From the human T2T-CHM13v2.0 reference genome, Homo sapiens: 64,000 bases of DNA. Below, one piece after another: positions 28,301 to 42,364 of this stretch. Where the stretch lies: NCBI RefSeq assembly GCF_009914755.1, contig NC_060946.1. The stretch is one strand, 5' to 3'. Numbering within the stretch: position 1 is the first letter of the stretch; every line of letters begins with the position of its first letter. The position numbers and the translations under genes were made by a program. Below the pieces are notes generated by a model, which saw only the letters and a program-made list of their open reading frames with translations, searched no databases and was not told where the DNA came from.

Positions 28301-31300
28301 TCCAAATATCCACTTGCAGATTCTACAAAAAGAGTGTATCAAAACTGCTCTGTCAAAAGGAAGGTTCTTCTCTGTTAGTTGAGTACATACGTCATAAAGG
28401 AGTTTCTGAGAATGTTTCTGTCTAGTGGTTATGGGAAGATATTTGCTTTTTCACCTTAGGCCTCAGAGCGCTCCAAATATCCCCTTGCACATACTACAAA
28501 AAGAGTGCTTCAAAGCTGCTCTCTGAAACGGAATGTTCAACTCTATGAGGTGAATGCAAACATGACAAAGACGTTTCCGAGAATGCTTCTGTCTAGATTT
28601 GATATGACGATATTCCCGTTTCCAACGAAATCTTCAAATCTATCCAAATGTCCACTTGCAGATTCAACAAAACGTGTTTTTCAGAACTGCTCTATCAAAA
28701 GAAAGATCCACCTCTGTTAGCTGAGTTCACACATCACAAACAAGTTTATGAGAATGCTTCTGTCTAGTTTTTATTTGAAGATATTTCCTTTCTCACCATA
28801 GACCTGAAAGCTGTCCTCATGTTCACTTCCAGATACTACAGAAAGAGTGTTTCAAAACTGCTGTACGAAAGGGAATGTTCAACTCTGTGACTTGAATGCA
28901 CACATCACAAAGAAGTTTCTGAGGATGCTGCTGTCTACTTTTTATACGTAATCCCGTTTCCAACGAAATCCTCCAAGCTATCCAAATATCCACTTGCAGA
29001 TTCCACAGAAAGACTGTTTCAAAACTGCTCTGTCAATAGAAAGGTTCAACTCTGTTAGCTGCGTGCATATATCCCAAAGAAGATTCTGAGATTGCTTCTG
29101 TCTACTTTTTATGAGAAGATATTTCCCTTTTCACCATAGGCGTCAAGGCGCTCCAAATGTCCACTTCCAGATACTACAAAAAGAGTGTTTCAAACCTACT
29201 CTGTGAAAGGGAATATTCAACTCTGTGACTTGAATGCAGATATCACAAAGAAGTTTCTGAGAATGCTTCTGTCGAGATTTTATATGAAGATACTCCCGTT
29301 TCCAACGAAATCCTGAAATCTATCCAAATATCCCCTCGCAGATTCTACAAAAAGAGTGTTTCAAAACTGCTCTGTAAAAAGAAAGGTTCAACTCTGTTAG
29401 TTGAGTACACACATCACAAACAAGTTTCACAGAATGCTTCTTTCTAGCTTGTAGGGGAAGATATTCACTTTATCACCATGGGCCTCAAACCGTCCGAAAC
29501 GTCCACTTCCATATACTACAAAAAGAGCGTTTCAAACCTGCTCTAGGAAAAGCAATGTTCAACTCTGTGACTTGAATGCAGACATCACAGAGCAGTTTCT
29601 GAGAATGCTTCTGTCTAGATTTTATAGGAAGATATTCCCGTTTCCAACGAAATCTTCACAGCTATCCAAATATCCACTTGCAGATTCTACAAAAAGAGTG
29701 TATCAAAACTGCTCTGTCAAAAGGAAGGTTCTTCTCTGTTAGTTGAGTACATACGTCATAAAGGAGTTTCTGAGAATGTTTCTGTCTAGTGGTTATGGGA
29801 AGATATTTGCTTTTTCACCGTAGGCCTCAGAGCGCTCCAAATATCCCCTTGCACATACTACAAAAAGAGTGCTTCAAAGCTGCTCTCTGAAACGGAATGT
29901 TCAACTCTATGAGTTGAATGCAAACATCACAAAGACGTTTCTGAGAATGCTTCTGTCTAGATTTGATATGAAGATATTCCCGTTTCCAACGAAATCTTCA
30001 AATCTATCCAAATGTCCACTTGCAGATTCAACAAAACGTGTTTTTCAGAACTGCTCTATCAAAAGAAAGATCCACCTCTGTTAGCTGAGTTCACACATCA
30101 CAAACAAGTTTATGAGAATGCTTCTGTCAAGTTTTTATTTGAAGATATTTCCTTTCTCACCATAGACCTGAAAGCTGTCCTAATGTTCACTTCCAGATAC
30201 TACAGAAAGAGTGTTTCAAAACTGCTGTACGAAAGGGAATGTTCAACTCTGTGACTTGAATGCACACATCACAAAGAAGTTTCTGAGGATGCTGCTGTCT
30301 ACTTTTGATACGTAATCCCGTTTCCAAAGAAATCCTCCAAGCTATCCAAATATCCACTTGCAGATTCCACAGAAAGACTGTTTCAAAACTGCTCTGTCAA
30401 TAGAAAGGTTCAACTCTGTTAGCTGCGTGCATATATCCCAAAGAAGATTCTGAGATTGCTTCTGTCTACTTTTTATGAGAAGATATTTCCCTTTTCACCG
30501 TAGGCGTCAAGGTGCTCCAAATGTCCACTTCCAGATACTACAAAAAGAGTGTTTCAAACCTACTCTGTAAAAGGGAATATTCAACTCTGTGACTTGAATG
30601 CACATATCACAAAGAAGTTTCTGAGAATGCTTCTGTCGAGATTTTATATGAAGATATTCCCGTTTCCAACGAAATCCTGAAATCTATCCAAATATCCCCT
30701 CGCAGATTCTACAAAAAGAGTGTTTCAAAACTGCTCTGTAAAAAGAAAGGTTCAACTCTGTTAGTTGAGTACACACATCACAAACAAGTTTCACAGAATG
30801 CTTCTTTCTAGCTTGTAGGGGAAGATATTCCCTTTATCACCATGGGCCTCAAACCGTCCGAAACGTCTACTTCCATATACTACAAAAAGAGCGTTTCAAA
30901 CCTGCTCTATGAAAGGCAATGTTCAACTCTGTGACTTGAATGCAGACATCACAGAGCAGTTTCTGAGAATGCTTCTGTCTAGATTTTATAGGAAGATATT
31001 CCCGTTTCCAACGAAATCTTCACAGCTATCCAAATATCCACTTGCAGATTCTACAAAAAGAGTGTATCAAAACTGCTCTGTCAAAAGGAAGGTTCTTCTC
31101 TGTTAGGTGAGTGCATACATCATAAAGGAGTTTCTGAGAATGTTTCTGTCTAGTGGTTATGGGAAGATATTTGCTTTTTCACCTTAGGCCTCAGAGCGGT
31201 CCAAATATCCACTTGCACATACTACAAAAAGAGTGCTTCAAAGCTGCTCTCTGAAAGGGAATGTTCAACTCTATGAGTTGAATGCAAACATCACAAAGAC

Positions 31301-34300
31301 GTTTCTGAGAATGCTTCTGTCTAGATTTGATATGAAGATATTCCCGTTTCCAACGAAATCTTCAAATCTATCCAAATGTCCACTTGCAGATTCAACAAAA
31401 AGTGTTTTTCAGAACTGCTCTATCAAAAGAAAGATCCACCTCTCTTAGCTGAGTTGACACATCACAAACAAGTTTATGAGAATGCTTCTGTCTAGTTTTT
31501 ATTTGAAGTTATTTCCTTTCTCACCATAGACCTGAAAGCTGTCCTAATGTTCACTTCCAGATACTACAGAAAGAGTGTTTCAAAACTGCTGTACGAAAGG
31601 GAATGTTCAACTCTGTGACTTGAATGCACACATCACAAAGAAGTTTCTGAGGATGCTGCTGTCTACTTTTTATACGTAATCCCGTTTCCAACGAAATCCT
31701 CCAAGCTATCCAAATATCCACTTGCAGATTCCACAGAAAGACTGTTTCAAAACTGCTCTGTCAATAGAAAGGTTCAACTCTGTTAGCTGCGTGCATATAT
31801 CCCAAAGAAGATTCTGAGATTGCTTCTGTCTAGTTTTTATGGGAAGATATTTCCCTTTTCACCTTAGGCGTCAAGGCGCTCCAAATGTCCACTTCCAGAT
31901 ACTACAAAAAGAGTGTTTCAAACCTACTCTGTGAAAGGGAATATTCAAACCTGTGACTTGAATGCACATATCACAAAGAAGTTTCTGAGAATGCTTCTGT
32001 CGAGATTTTATATGAAGATATTCCCGTTTCCAACGAAATCCTGAAATCTATCCAAATATCCCCTCGCAGATTCTACAAAAAGAGTGTTTCAAAACTGCTC
32101 TGTAAAAAGAAAGGTTCAACTCTGTTAGTTGAGTACACACATCACAAACAAGTTTCACAGAATGCTTCTTTCTAGCTTGTAGGGGAAGATATTCCCTTTA
32201 TCACCATGGGCCTCAAACCGTCCGAAACGTCCACTTCCATATACTACAAAAAGAGCGTTTCAAACCTGCTCTAGGAAAGGCAATGTTCAACTCTGTGACT
32301 TGAATGCAGACATCACAGAGCAGTTTCTGAGAATGCTTCTGTCTAGATTTTATAGGAAGATATTCCCGTTTCCAACGAAATCTTCACAGCTATCCAAATA
32401 TCCACTTGCAGATTCTACAAAAAGAGTGTATCAAAACTGCTCTGTCAAAAGGAAGGTTCTTCTCTGTTAGGTGAGTGCATACGTCATAAAGGAGTTTCTG
32501 AGAATGTTTAAGTCTAGTGGTTATGGGAAGATATTTGCTTTAACCCCGTAGGCCTCAGAGCGCTCCAAATATCCCCTTGCACATACTACAAAAAGAGTGC
32601 TTCAAAGCTGCTCTCTGAAACGGAATGTTCAACTCTATGAGTTGAATGCAAACATCACAAAGACGTTTCTGAGAATGCTTCTGTCTAGATTTGATATGAA
32701 GATATTCCCGTTTCCAACGAAATCTTCAAATCTATCCAAATGTCCACTTGCAGATTCAACAAAAAGTGTTTTTCAGAACTGCTCTATCAAAAGAAAGATC
32801 CACCTCTGTTAGCTGAGTTCACACATCACAAACATGTTTATGACAATGCTTCTGTCTAGTTTTTATTTGAAGATATTTCCTTTCTCACCATAGACCTGAA
32901 AGCTGTCCTAATGTTCACTTCCAGATACTACAGAAAGAGTGTTTCAAAACTGCTGTACGAAAGGGAATGTTCAACTCTGTGACTTGAATGCACACATCAC
33001 AAAAAAGTTTCTGAGGATGCTGCTGTCTACTTTTTATACGTAATCCCGTTTCCAACGAAATCCTCCAAGCTATCCAAATATCCACTTGCAGATTCCACAG
33101 AAAGACTGTTTCAAAACTGCTCTGTCAATAGAAAGGTTCAACTCTGTTAGCTGCGTGCATATATCCCAAAGAAGATTCTGAGATTGCTTCTGTCTAGTTT
33201 TTATGGGAAGATATTTCCCTTTTCACCGTAGGCGTCAAGGCGCTCCAAATGTCCACTTCCAGATACTTCAAAAAGAGTGTTTCAAACCTACTCTGTGAAA
33301 GGGAATATTCAACTCTGTGACTTGAATGCAGATATCACAAAGAAGTTTCTGAGAATGCTTCTGTCGAGATTTTATATGAAGATATTCCCGTTTCCAACGA
33401 AATCCTGAAATCTATCCAAATATCCCCTCGCAGATTCTACAAAAAGAGTGTTTCAAAACTGCTCTGTAAAAAGAAAGGTTCAACTCTGTTAGTTGAGTAC
33501 ACACATCACAAACAAGTTTCACAGAATGCTTCTTTCTAGCTTGTAGGGGAAGATATTCCCTTTATCACCATGGGCCTCAAACCGTCCGAAACGTCCACTT
33601 CCATATACTACAAAAAGAGCGTTTCAAACCTGCTCTAGGAAAGGCAATGTTCAACTCTGTGACTTGAATGCAGACATCACAGAGCAGTTTCTGAGAATGC
33701 TTCTGTCTAGATTTTATAGGAAGATATTCCCGTTTCCAACGAAATCTTCACAGCTATCCAAATATCCACTTGCAGATTCTACAAAAAGAGTGTATCAAAA
33801 CTGCTCTGTCAAAAGGAAGGTTCTTCTCTGTTAGGTGAGTGCATACGTCATAAAGGAGTTTCTGAGAATGTTTAAGTCTAGTGGTTATGGGAAGATATTT
33901 GCTTTAACCCCGTAGGCCTCAGAGCGCTCCAAATATCCCCTTGCACATACTACAAAAAGAGTGCTTCAAAGCTGCTCTCTGAAACGGAATGTTCAACTCT
34001 ATGAGTTGAATGCAAACATCATAAAGACGTTTCTGAGAATGCTTCTGTCTAGATTTGATATGAAGATATTCCCGTTTCCAACGAAATCTTCAAATCTATC
34101 CAAATGTCCACTTGCAGATTCAACAAAAAGTGTTTTTCAGAACTGCTCTATCAAAAGAAAGATCCACCTCTGTTAGCTGAGTTCACACATCACAAACATG
34201 TTTATGACAATGCTTCTGTCTAGTTTTTATTTGAAGATATTTCCTTTCTCACCATAGACCTGAAAGCTGTCCTAATGTTCACTTCCAGATACTACAGAAA

Positions 34301-37300
34301 GAGTGTTTCAAAACTGCTGTACGAAAGGGAATGTTCAACTCTGTGACTTGAATGCACACATCACAAAGAAGTTTCTGAGGATGCTGCGGTCTACTTTTTA
34401 TACGTAATCCCGTTTCCAACGAAATCCTCCACTCTATCCAAATATCCACTTGCAGATTCCACAGAAAGACTGTTTCAAAACTGTTCTGTCAATAGAAAGG
34501 TTCAACTCTGTTAGCTGCGTGCATATATCCCAAAGAAGATTCTGAGATTGCTTCTGTCTAGTTTTTATGAGAAGATATTTCCCTTTTCACCGTAGGCGTC
34601 AAAGCGCTCCAAATGTCCACTTCCAGATACTACAAAAAGAGTGTTTCAAACCTACTCTGTGAAAGGGAATATTCAACTCTGTGACTTGAATGCACATATC
34701 ACAATGAAGTTTCTGAGAATGCTTCTGTCGAGATTTTATATGAAGATATTCCCGTTTCCAACGAAATCCTGAAATCTATCCAAATATCCCCTCGCAGATT
34801 CTACAAAAAGAGTGTTTCAAAACTGTTCTGTAAAAAGAAAGGTTTAACTCTGTTAGTTGAGTACACACATCACAAACAAGTTTCACAGAATGCTTCTTTC
34901 TAGCTTGTAGGGGAAGATATTCCCTTTATCACCATGGGCCTCAAACCGTCCGAAACGTCCACTTCCATATACTACAAAAAGAGCGTTTCAAACCTGCTCT
35001 ATGAAAGGCAATGTTCAACTCTGTGACTTCAATGCAGACATCACAGAGCAGTTTCTGAGAATGCTTCTGTCTAGATTTTATAGGAAGATATTCCCGTTTC
35101 CAACGAAATCTTCACAGCTATCCAAATATCCACTTGCAGATTCTACAAAAAGAGTGTATCAAAACTGCTCTGTCAAAAGGAAGGTTCTTCTCTGTTAGGT
35201 GAGTGCATACGTCATAAAGGAGTTTCTGAGAATGTTTCTGTCTAGTGGTTATGGGAAGATATTTGCTTTTTCACCCTAGGCCTCAGAGCTCTCCAAATAT
35301 CCACTTGCACATACTACAAAAAGAGTGCTTCAAAGCTGCTCTCTGAAACGGAATGTTCAACTCTATGAGTTGAATGCAAACATCACAAAGACGTTTCCGA
35401 GAATGCTTCTGTCTAGATTTGATATGAAGATATTCCCGTTCCCAACGAAATCTTCAAATCTATCCAAATATCCACTTGCAGATTCAACAAAAAGTGTTTT
35501 TCAGAACTGCTCTATCAAAAGAAAGATCCACCTCTGTTAGCTGAGTTCACACATCACAAACAAGTTTATGAAAATGCTTCTGTCTAGTTTTTATTTGAAG
35601 ATATTTCCTTTCTCACCATAGACCTGAAAGCTGTCCTAATGTTCACTTCCAGATACTACAGAAAGAGTGTTTCAAAACTGCTGTACGAAAGGGAATGTTC
35701 AACTCTGTGACTTGAATGCACACATCACAAAGAAGTTTCTGAGGATGCTGCTGTCTACTTTTTATACGTAATTCCGTTTCCAACGAAATCCTCCAATCTA
35801 TCCAAATATCCACTTGCAGATTCCACAGAAAGACTGTTTCAAATCTGCTCAGTCAATAGAAAGGTTCAACTCTGTTAGCTGCGTGCATATATCACAAAGA
35901 AGATTCTGAGATTGCTTCTGTCTAGTTTTTATGGGAAGATATTTCCCTTTTCACCGTAGGCGTCAAGGCGCTCCAAATGTCCACTTCCAGATACTACAAA
36001 AAGAGTGTTTCAAACCTACTCTGTGAAAGGGAATATTCAACTCTGTGACTTGAATGCACATATCACAAAGAAGTTTCTGAGAATGCTTCTGTCGAGATTT
36101 TATATGAAGATATTCCCGTTTCCAACGAAATCCTGAAATCTATCCAAATATCCCCTCGCAGATTCTACAAAAAGAGTGTTTCAAAACTGCTCTGTAAAAA
36201 GAAAGGTTCAACTCTGTTAGTTGAGTACACACATCACAAACAAGTTTCACAGAATGCTTCTTTCTAGCTTGTAGGGGAAGATATTCCCTTTATCACCATG
36301 GGCCTCAAACCTTCCGAAACGTCAACTTCCATATACTACAAAAAGAGCGTTTCAAACCTGCTCTAGGAAAGGCAATGTTCAACTCTGTGACTTGAATGCA
36401 GACATCACAGAGCAGTTTCTGAGAATGCTTCTGTCTAGATTTTATAGGAAGATATTCCCGTTTCCAACGAAATCTTCACAGCTATCCAAATATCCACTTG
36501 CAGATTCTACAAAAAGAGTGTATCAAAACTGCTCTGTCAAAAGGAAGGTTCTTCTCTGTTAGTTGAGTACATACGTCATAAAGGAGTTTCTGAGAATGTT
36601 TCTGTCTAGTGGTTATGGGAAGATATTTGATTTTTCACCTTAGGCCACAGAGCGCTCCAAATATCCCCTTGCACATACTACAAAAAGAGTGCTTCAAAGC
36701 TGCTCTCTGAAAGAGAATGTTCAACTCTATGGGTTGAATGCAAACATCACAAAGACGTTTCTGAGAATGCTTCTGTCTAGATTTGAAATGAAGTTATTCC
36801 CGTTTCCAACGAAATCTTCAAATCTATCCAAATGTCCACTTGCAGATTCAACAAAAAGTGTTTTTCAGAACTGCTCTATCAAAAGAAAGATCCACCTCGG
36901 TTAGCTGAGTTCACACATCACAAAGAAGTTTATGAGAATGCTTCTGTCTAGTTTTTATTTGAAGATATTTCCTTTCTCACCATAGACCTGAAAGCTGTCC
37001 TAATGTTCACTTCCAGATACTACAGAAAGAGTGTTTCAAAACTGCTGTACGAAAGGGAATGTTCAACTCTGTGACTTGAATGCACACATCACAAAGAAGT
37101 TTCTGAGGATGCTGCTGTCTACTTTTTATACGTAATCCCGTTTCCAACGAAATCCTCCAAGCTATCCAAATATCCACTTGCAGATTCCTCAGAAAGACTG
37201 TTTCAAAACTGCTCTGTCAATAGAAAGGTTCAACTCTGTTAGCTGCGTGCATATATCCCAAAGAAGATTCTGAGATTGCTTCTGTCTACTTTTTATGAGA

Positions 37301-40300
37301 AGATATTTCCCTTTTCACCGTAGGTGTCAAGGCGCTCCAAATGTCCACTTCCAGATACTACAAAAAGAGTGTTTCAAACCTACTCTGTGAAAGGGAATAT
37401 TCAACTCTGTGACTTGAATGCACATATCACAAAGAAGTTTCTGAGAATGCTTCTGTCGAGATTTTATATGAAGATATTCCCGTTTCCAACGAAATCCTGA
37501 AATCAATCCAAATATCCCCTCGCAGATTCTACAAAAAGAGTGTTTCAAAACTGCTCTGTAAAAAGAAAGGTTCAACTCTGGTAGTTGAGTACACACATCA
37601 CAAACAAGTTTCACAGAATGCTTCTTTCTAGCTTGTAGGGGAAGATATTCCCTTTATCACCATGGGCCTCAAACAGTCCGAAACGTCAACTTCCATATAC
37701 TAGAAAAAGAGCGTTTCAAACCTGCTCTATGAAAGGCAATGTTCAACTGTGTGACTTGAATGCAGACATCACAGAGCAGTTTCTGAGAATGCTTCTGTCT
37801 AGATTTTATAGGAAGATATTCCCGTTTCCAACGAAATCTTCACAGCTATCCAAATATCCACTTGCAGATTCTACAAAAAGAGTGTATCAAAACTGCTCTG
37901 TCAAAAGGAAGGTTCTTCTCTGTTAGTTGAGTACATACGTCATAAAGGAGTTTCTGAGAATGTTTCTGTCTAGTGGTTATGGGAAGATATTTGCTTTTTC
38001 ACCTTAGGCCTCAGAGCGCTCCAAATATCCCCTTGCACATACTACAAAAAGAGTGCTTCAAAGCTGCTCTCTGAAAGGGAATGTTCAACTCTATGGGTTG
38101 AATGCAAACATCACAAAGACGTTTCTGAGAATGCTTCTGTCTAGATTTGAAATGAAGTTATTCCCGTTTCCAACGAAATCTTCAAATCTATCCAAATGTC
38201 CACTTGCAGATTCAACAAAAAGTGTTTTTCAGAACTGCTCTATCAAAAGAAAGATCCACCTCGGTTAGCTGAGTTCACACATCACAAAGAAGTTTATGAG
38301 AATGCTTCTGTCTAGTTTTTATTTGAAGATATTTCCTTTCTCACCATAGACCTGAAAGCTGTCCTAATGTTCACTTCCAGATACTACAGAAAGAGTGTTT
38401 CAAAACTGCTGTACGAAAGGGAATGTTCAACTCTGTGACTTGAATGCACACATCACAAAGAAGTTTCTGAGGATGCTGCTGTCTACTTTTTATACGTAAT
38501 CCCGTTTCCAACGAAATCCTCCAAGCTATCCAAATATCCACTTGCAGATTCCACAGAAAGACTGTTTCAAATCTGCTCAGTCAATAGAAAGGTTCAACTC
38601 TGTTAGCTGCGTGCATATATCACAAAGAAGATTCTGAGATTGCTTCTGTCTAGTTTTTATGGGAAGATATTTCCCTTTTCACCGTAGGCGTCAAGGCGCT
38701 CCAAATGTCCACTTCCAGATACTACAAAAAGAGTGTTTCAAACATACTCTGTGAAAGGGAATATTCAACTCTGTGACTTGAATGCACATACCACAAAGAA
38801 GTTTCTGAGAATGCTTTTGTCGAGATTTTATATGAAGATATTCCCGTTTCCAACGAAATCCTGAAATCTATCCAAATATCCCCTCGCAGATTCTACAAAA
38901 AGAGTGTTTCAAAACTGCTCTGTAAAAAGAAAGGTTCAACTCTGTTAGTTGAGTACACACATCACAAACAAGTTTCACAGAATGCTTCTTTCTAGCTTGT
39001 AGGGGAAGATATTCCCTTTATCACCATGGGCCTCAAACCGTCCGAAACGTCAACTTCCATATACTACAAAAAGAGCGTTTCAAACCTGCTCTATGAAAGG
39101 CAATGTTCAACTCTGTGACTTGAATGCAGACATCACAGAGCAGTTTCTGAGAATGCTTCTGTCTAGATTTTATAGGAAGATATTCCCGTTTCCAACGAAA
39201 TCTTCACAGCTATCCAAATATCCAATTGCAGATTCTACAAAAAGAGTGTATCAAAACTGCTCTGTCAAAAGGAAGGTTCTTCTCTGTTAGTTGAGTACAT
39301 ACGTCATAAAGGAGTTTCTGAGAATGTTTCTGTCTTGTGGTTATGGGAAGATATTTGATTTTTCACCTTAGGCCTCAGAGCGCTCCAAATATCCCCTTGC
39401 ACATACTACAAAAAGAGTGCTTCAAAGCTGCTCTCTGAAAGGGAATGTTCAACTCTATGAGTTGAATGCAAACATCACAATGACGTTTCTGAGAATGCTT
39501 CTGTCTAGATTTGAAATGAAGTTATTCCCGTTTCCAACGAAATCTTCATATCTATCCAAATGTCCACTTGCAGATTCAACAAAAAGTGTTTTTCAGAACT
39601 GCTCTATCAAAAGAAAGATCCACCTCGGTTAGCTGAGTTCACACATCACAAAGAAGTTTATGAGAATGCTTCTGTCTAGTTTTTATTTGAAGATATTTCC
39701 TTTCTCACCATAGACCTGAAAGCTGTCCTAATGTTCACTTCCAGATACTACAGAAAGAGTGTTTCAAAACTGCTGTACGAAAGGGAATGTTCAACTCTGT
39801 GACTTGAATGCACACCGCACAAAGAAGTTTCTGAGGATGCTGCTGTCTACTTTTTATACGTAATCCCGTTTCCAACGAAATCCTCCAAGCTATCCAAATA
39901 TCCACTTGCAGATTCCACAGAAAGACTGTTTCAAAACTGCTCTGTCAATAGAAAGGTTCAACTCTGTTAGCTGCGTGCATATATCCCAAAGAAGATTCTG
40001 AGATTGCTTCTGTCTACTTTTTATGAGAAGATATTTCCCTTTTCACCGTAGGCGTCAAGGCGCTCCAAATGTCCACTTCCAGATACTACAAAAAGAGTGT
40101 TTCAAACCTACTCTGTGAAAGGGAACATTCAACTCTGTGACTTGAATGCACATATCACAAAGAAGTTTCTGAGAATTCTTCTGTCGAGATTTTATATGAA
40201 GATATTCCCGTTTCCAACGAAATCCTGAAATCTATCCAAATATCCCCTCGCAGATTCCACAAAAAGAGTGTTTCAAAACTGCTCTGTAAAAAGAAAGGTT

Positions 40301-40963
40301 CAACTCTGTTAGTTGAGTACACACATCACAAACAAGTTTCACAGAATGCTTCTTTCTAGCTTGTAGGGGAAGATATTCCCTTTATCACCATGGGCCTCAA
40401 ACCGTCCGAAACGTCCACTTCCATATACTACAAAAACAGCATTTCAAACCTGCTCTATGAAAGGCAATGTTCAACTCTGTGACTTGAATGCAGACATCAC
40501 AGAGCAGTTTCTGAGAATGCTTCTGTCTAGATTTTATAGGAAGATATTCCCGTTTCCAACGAAATCTTCACAGCTATCCAAATATCCACTTGCAGATTCT
40601 ACAAAAAGAGTGTATCAAAGCTGCTCTGTCAAAAGGAAGGTTCTTCTCTGTTAGGTGAGTGCATACGTCATAAAGGAGTTTCTGAGAATGTTTCTGTCTA
40701 GTGGTTATGGGAAGATATTTGCTTTTTCACCTTAGGCCTCAGAGCGCTCCAAATATCCCCTTGCACATACTACAAAAAGAGTGCTTCAAAGCTGCTCTCT
40801 GAAAGGGAATGTTCAACTCTATGAGTTGAATGCAAACATCACAAAGACGTTTCTGAGAATGCTTCTGTCTAGATTTGATATGAAGATATTCCCGTTTCCA
40901 ACGAAATCTTCATATCTATCCAAATGTCCACTTGCAGATTCAACAAAAAGTGTTTTTCAAAAC

Positions 40964-41037
40964 TGCTGTATCAAAAGAAAGATCCACGTCTGTTAGCTGA
41001 TGCTCTATCAAAAGAATGATCCACCTCTGTTAGCTGA
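40964..41037. repeat. 37-bp imperfect tandem duplication within a monomer (1401-bp HOR variant, copy 1)
   Basis: TGCTGTATCAAAAGAAAGATCCACGTCTGTTAGCTGA followed by TGCTCTATCAAAAGAATGATCCACCTCTGTTAGCTGA. ORF spacing 40781 to 42182 is 1401. Confidence 0.96.
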
Positions 41038-42364
41038 GTTCACACATCACAAACAAGTTTATGAAAATGCTTCTGTCTAGTTTTTATTTGAAGATATTTC
41101 CTTTCTCACCATAGACCTGAAAGCTGTCCTATTGTTCACTTCCAGATACTACAGAAAGAGTGTTTCAAAACTGCTGTACGAAAGGGAATGTTCAACTCTG
41201 TGACTTGAATGCACACATCACAAAGAAGTTTCTGAGGATGCTGCTGTCTAATTTTTATACGTAATCCCGTTTCCAACGAAATCCTCCAAGCTATCCAAAT
41301 ATCCACTTGCAGATTCCACAGAAAGACTGTTTCAAAACTGCTCTGTCAATAGAAAGGTTCAACTCTGTTAGCTGCGTGCATATATCCCAAAGAAGATTCT
41401 GAGATTGCTTCTGTCTACTTTTTATGAGAAGATATTTCCCTTTTCACCGTAGGTGTCAAGGCGCTCCAAATGTCCACTTCCAGATACAACAAAAAGAGTG
41501 TTTCAAACCTACTCTGTGAAAGGGAATATTCAACTCTGTGACTTGAATGCACATATCACAAAGAAGTTTCTGAGAATGCTTCTGTCGAGATTTTATATGA
41601 AGATATTCCCGTTTCCAACGAAATCCTGAAATCTATCCAAATATCCCCTCGCAGATTCTACAAAAAGAGTGTTTCAAAACTGCTCTGTAAAAAGAAAGGT
41701 TCAACTCTGTTAGTTGAGTACACACATCACAAACAAGTTTCACAGAATGCTTCTTTCTAGCTTGTAGGGGAAGATATTCCCTTTATCACCATGGGCCTCA
41801 AACCGTCCGAAACGTCCACTTCCATATACTACAAAAACAGCATTTCAAACCTGCTCTAGGAAAGGCAATGTTCAACTCTGTGACTTGAATGCAGACATCA
41901 CAGAGCAGTTTCTGAGAATGCTCCTGTCTAGATTTTATAGGAAGATATTCCCGTTTCCAACGAAATCTTCACAGCTATCCAAATATCCACTTGCAGATTC
42001 TACAAAAAGAGTGTATCAAAACTGCTCTGTCAAAAGGAAGGTTGTTCTCTGTTAGTTGAGTGCATACGTCATAAAGGAGTTTCTGAGAATGTTTCTGTCT
42101 AGTGGTTATGGGAAGATATTTGCTTTTTCACCTTAGGCCTCAGAGCGCTCCAAATATCCCCTTGCACATACTACAAAAAGAGTGCTTCAAAGCTGCTCTC
42201 TGAAAGTGAATGTTCAACTCTATGAGTTGAATGCAAACATCACAAAGACGTTTCTGAGAATGCTTCTGTCTAGATTTGATATGAAGATATTCCCGTTTCC
42301 AACGAAATCTTCATATCTATCCAAATGTCCACTTGCAGATTCAACAAAAAGTGTTTTTCAAAAC

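Noticed and set aside
499-37614. Minus-strand 95-aa ORFs (MKLVCDVC...) with CxxC-like spacing
   Set aside because: Cys richness comes from TGT/TGC-rich satellite sequence. They are present in only three copies through stop-codon loss, and they are not zinc fingers.
40964-41037. 37-bp direct repeat as a target-site duplication or transposon footprint
   Set aside because: There is no intervening element, poly-A or terminal repeat, and the two units differ at haplotype-diagnostic sites.
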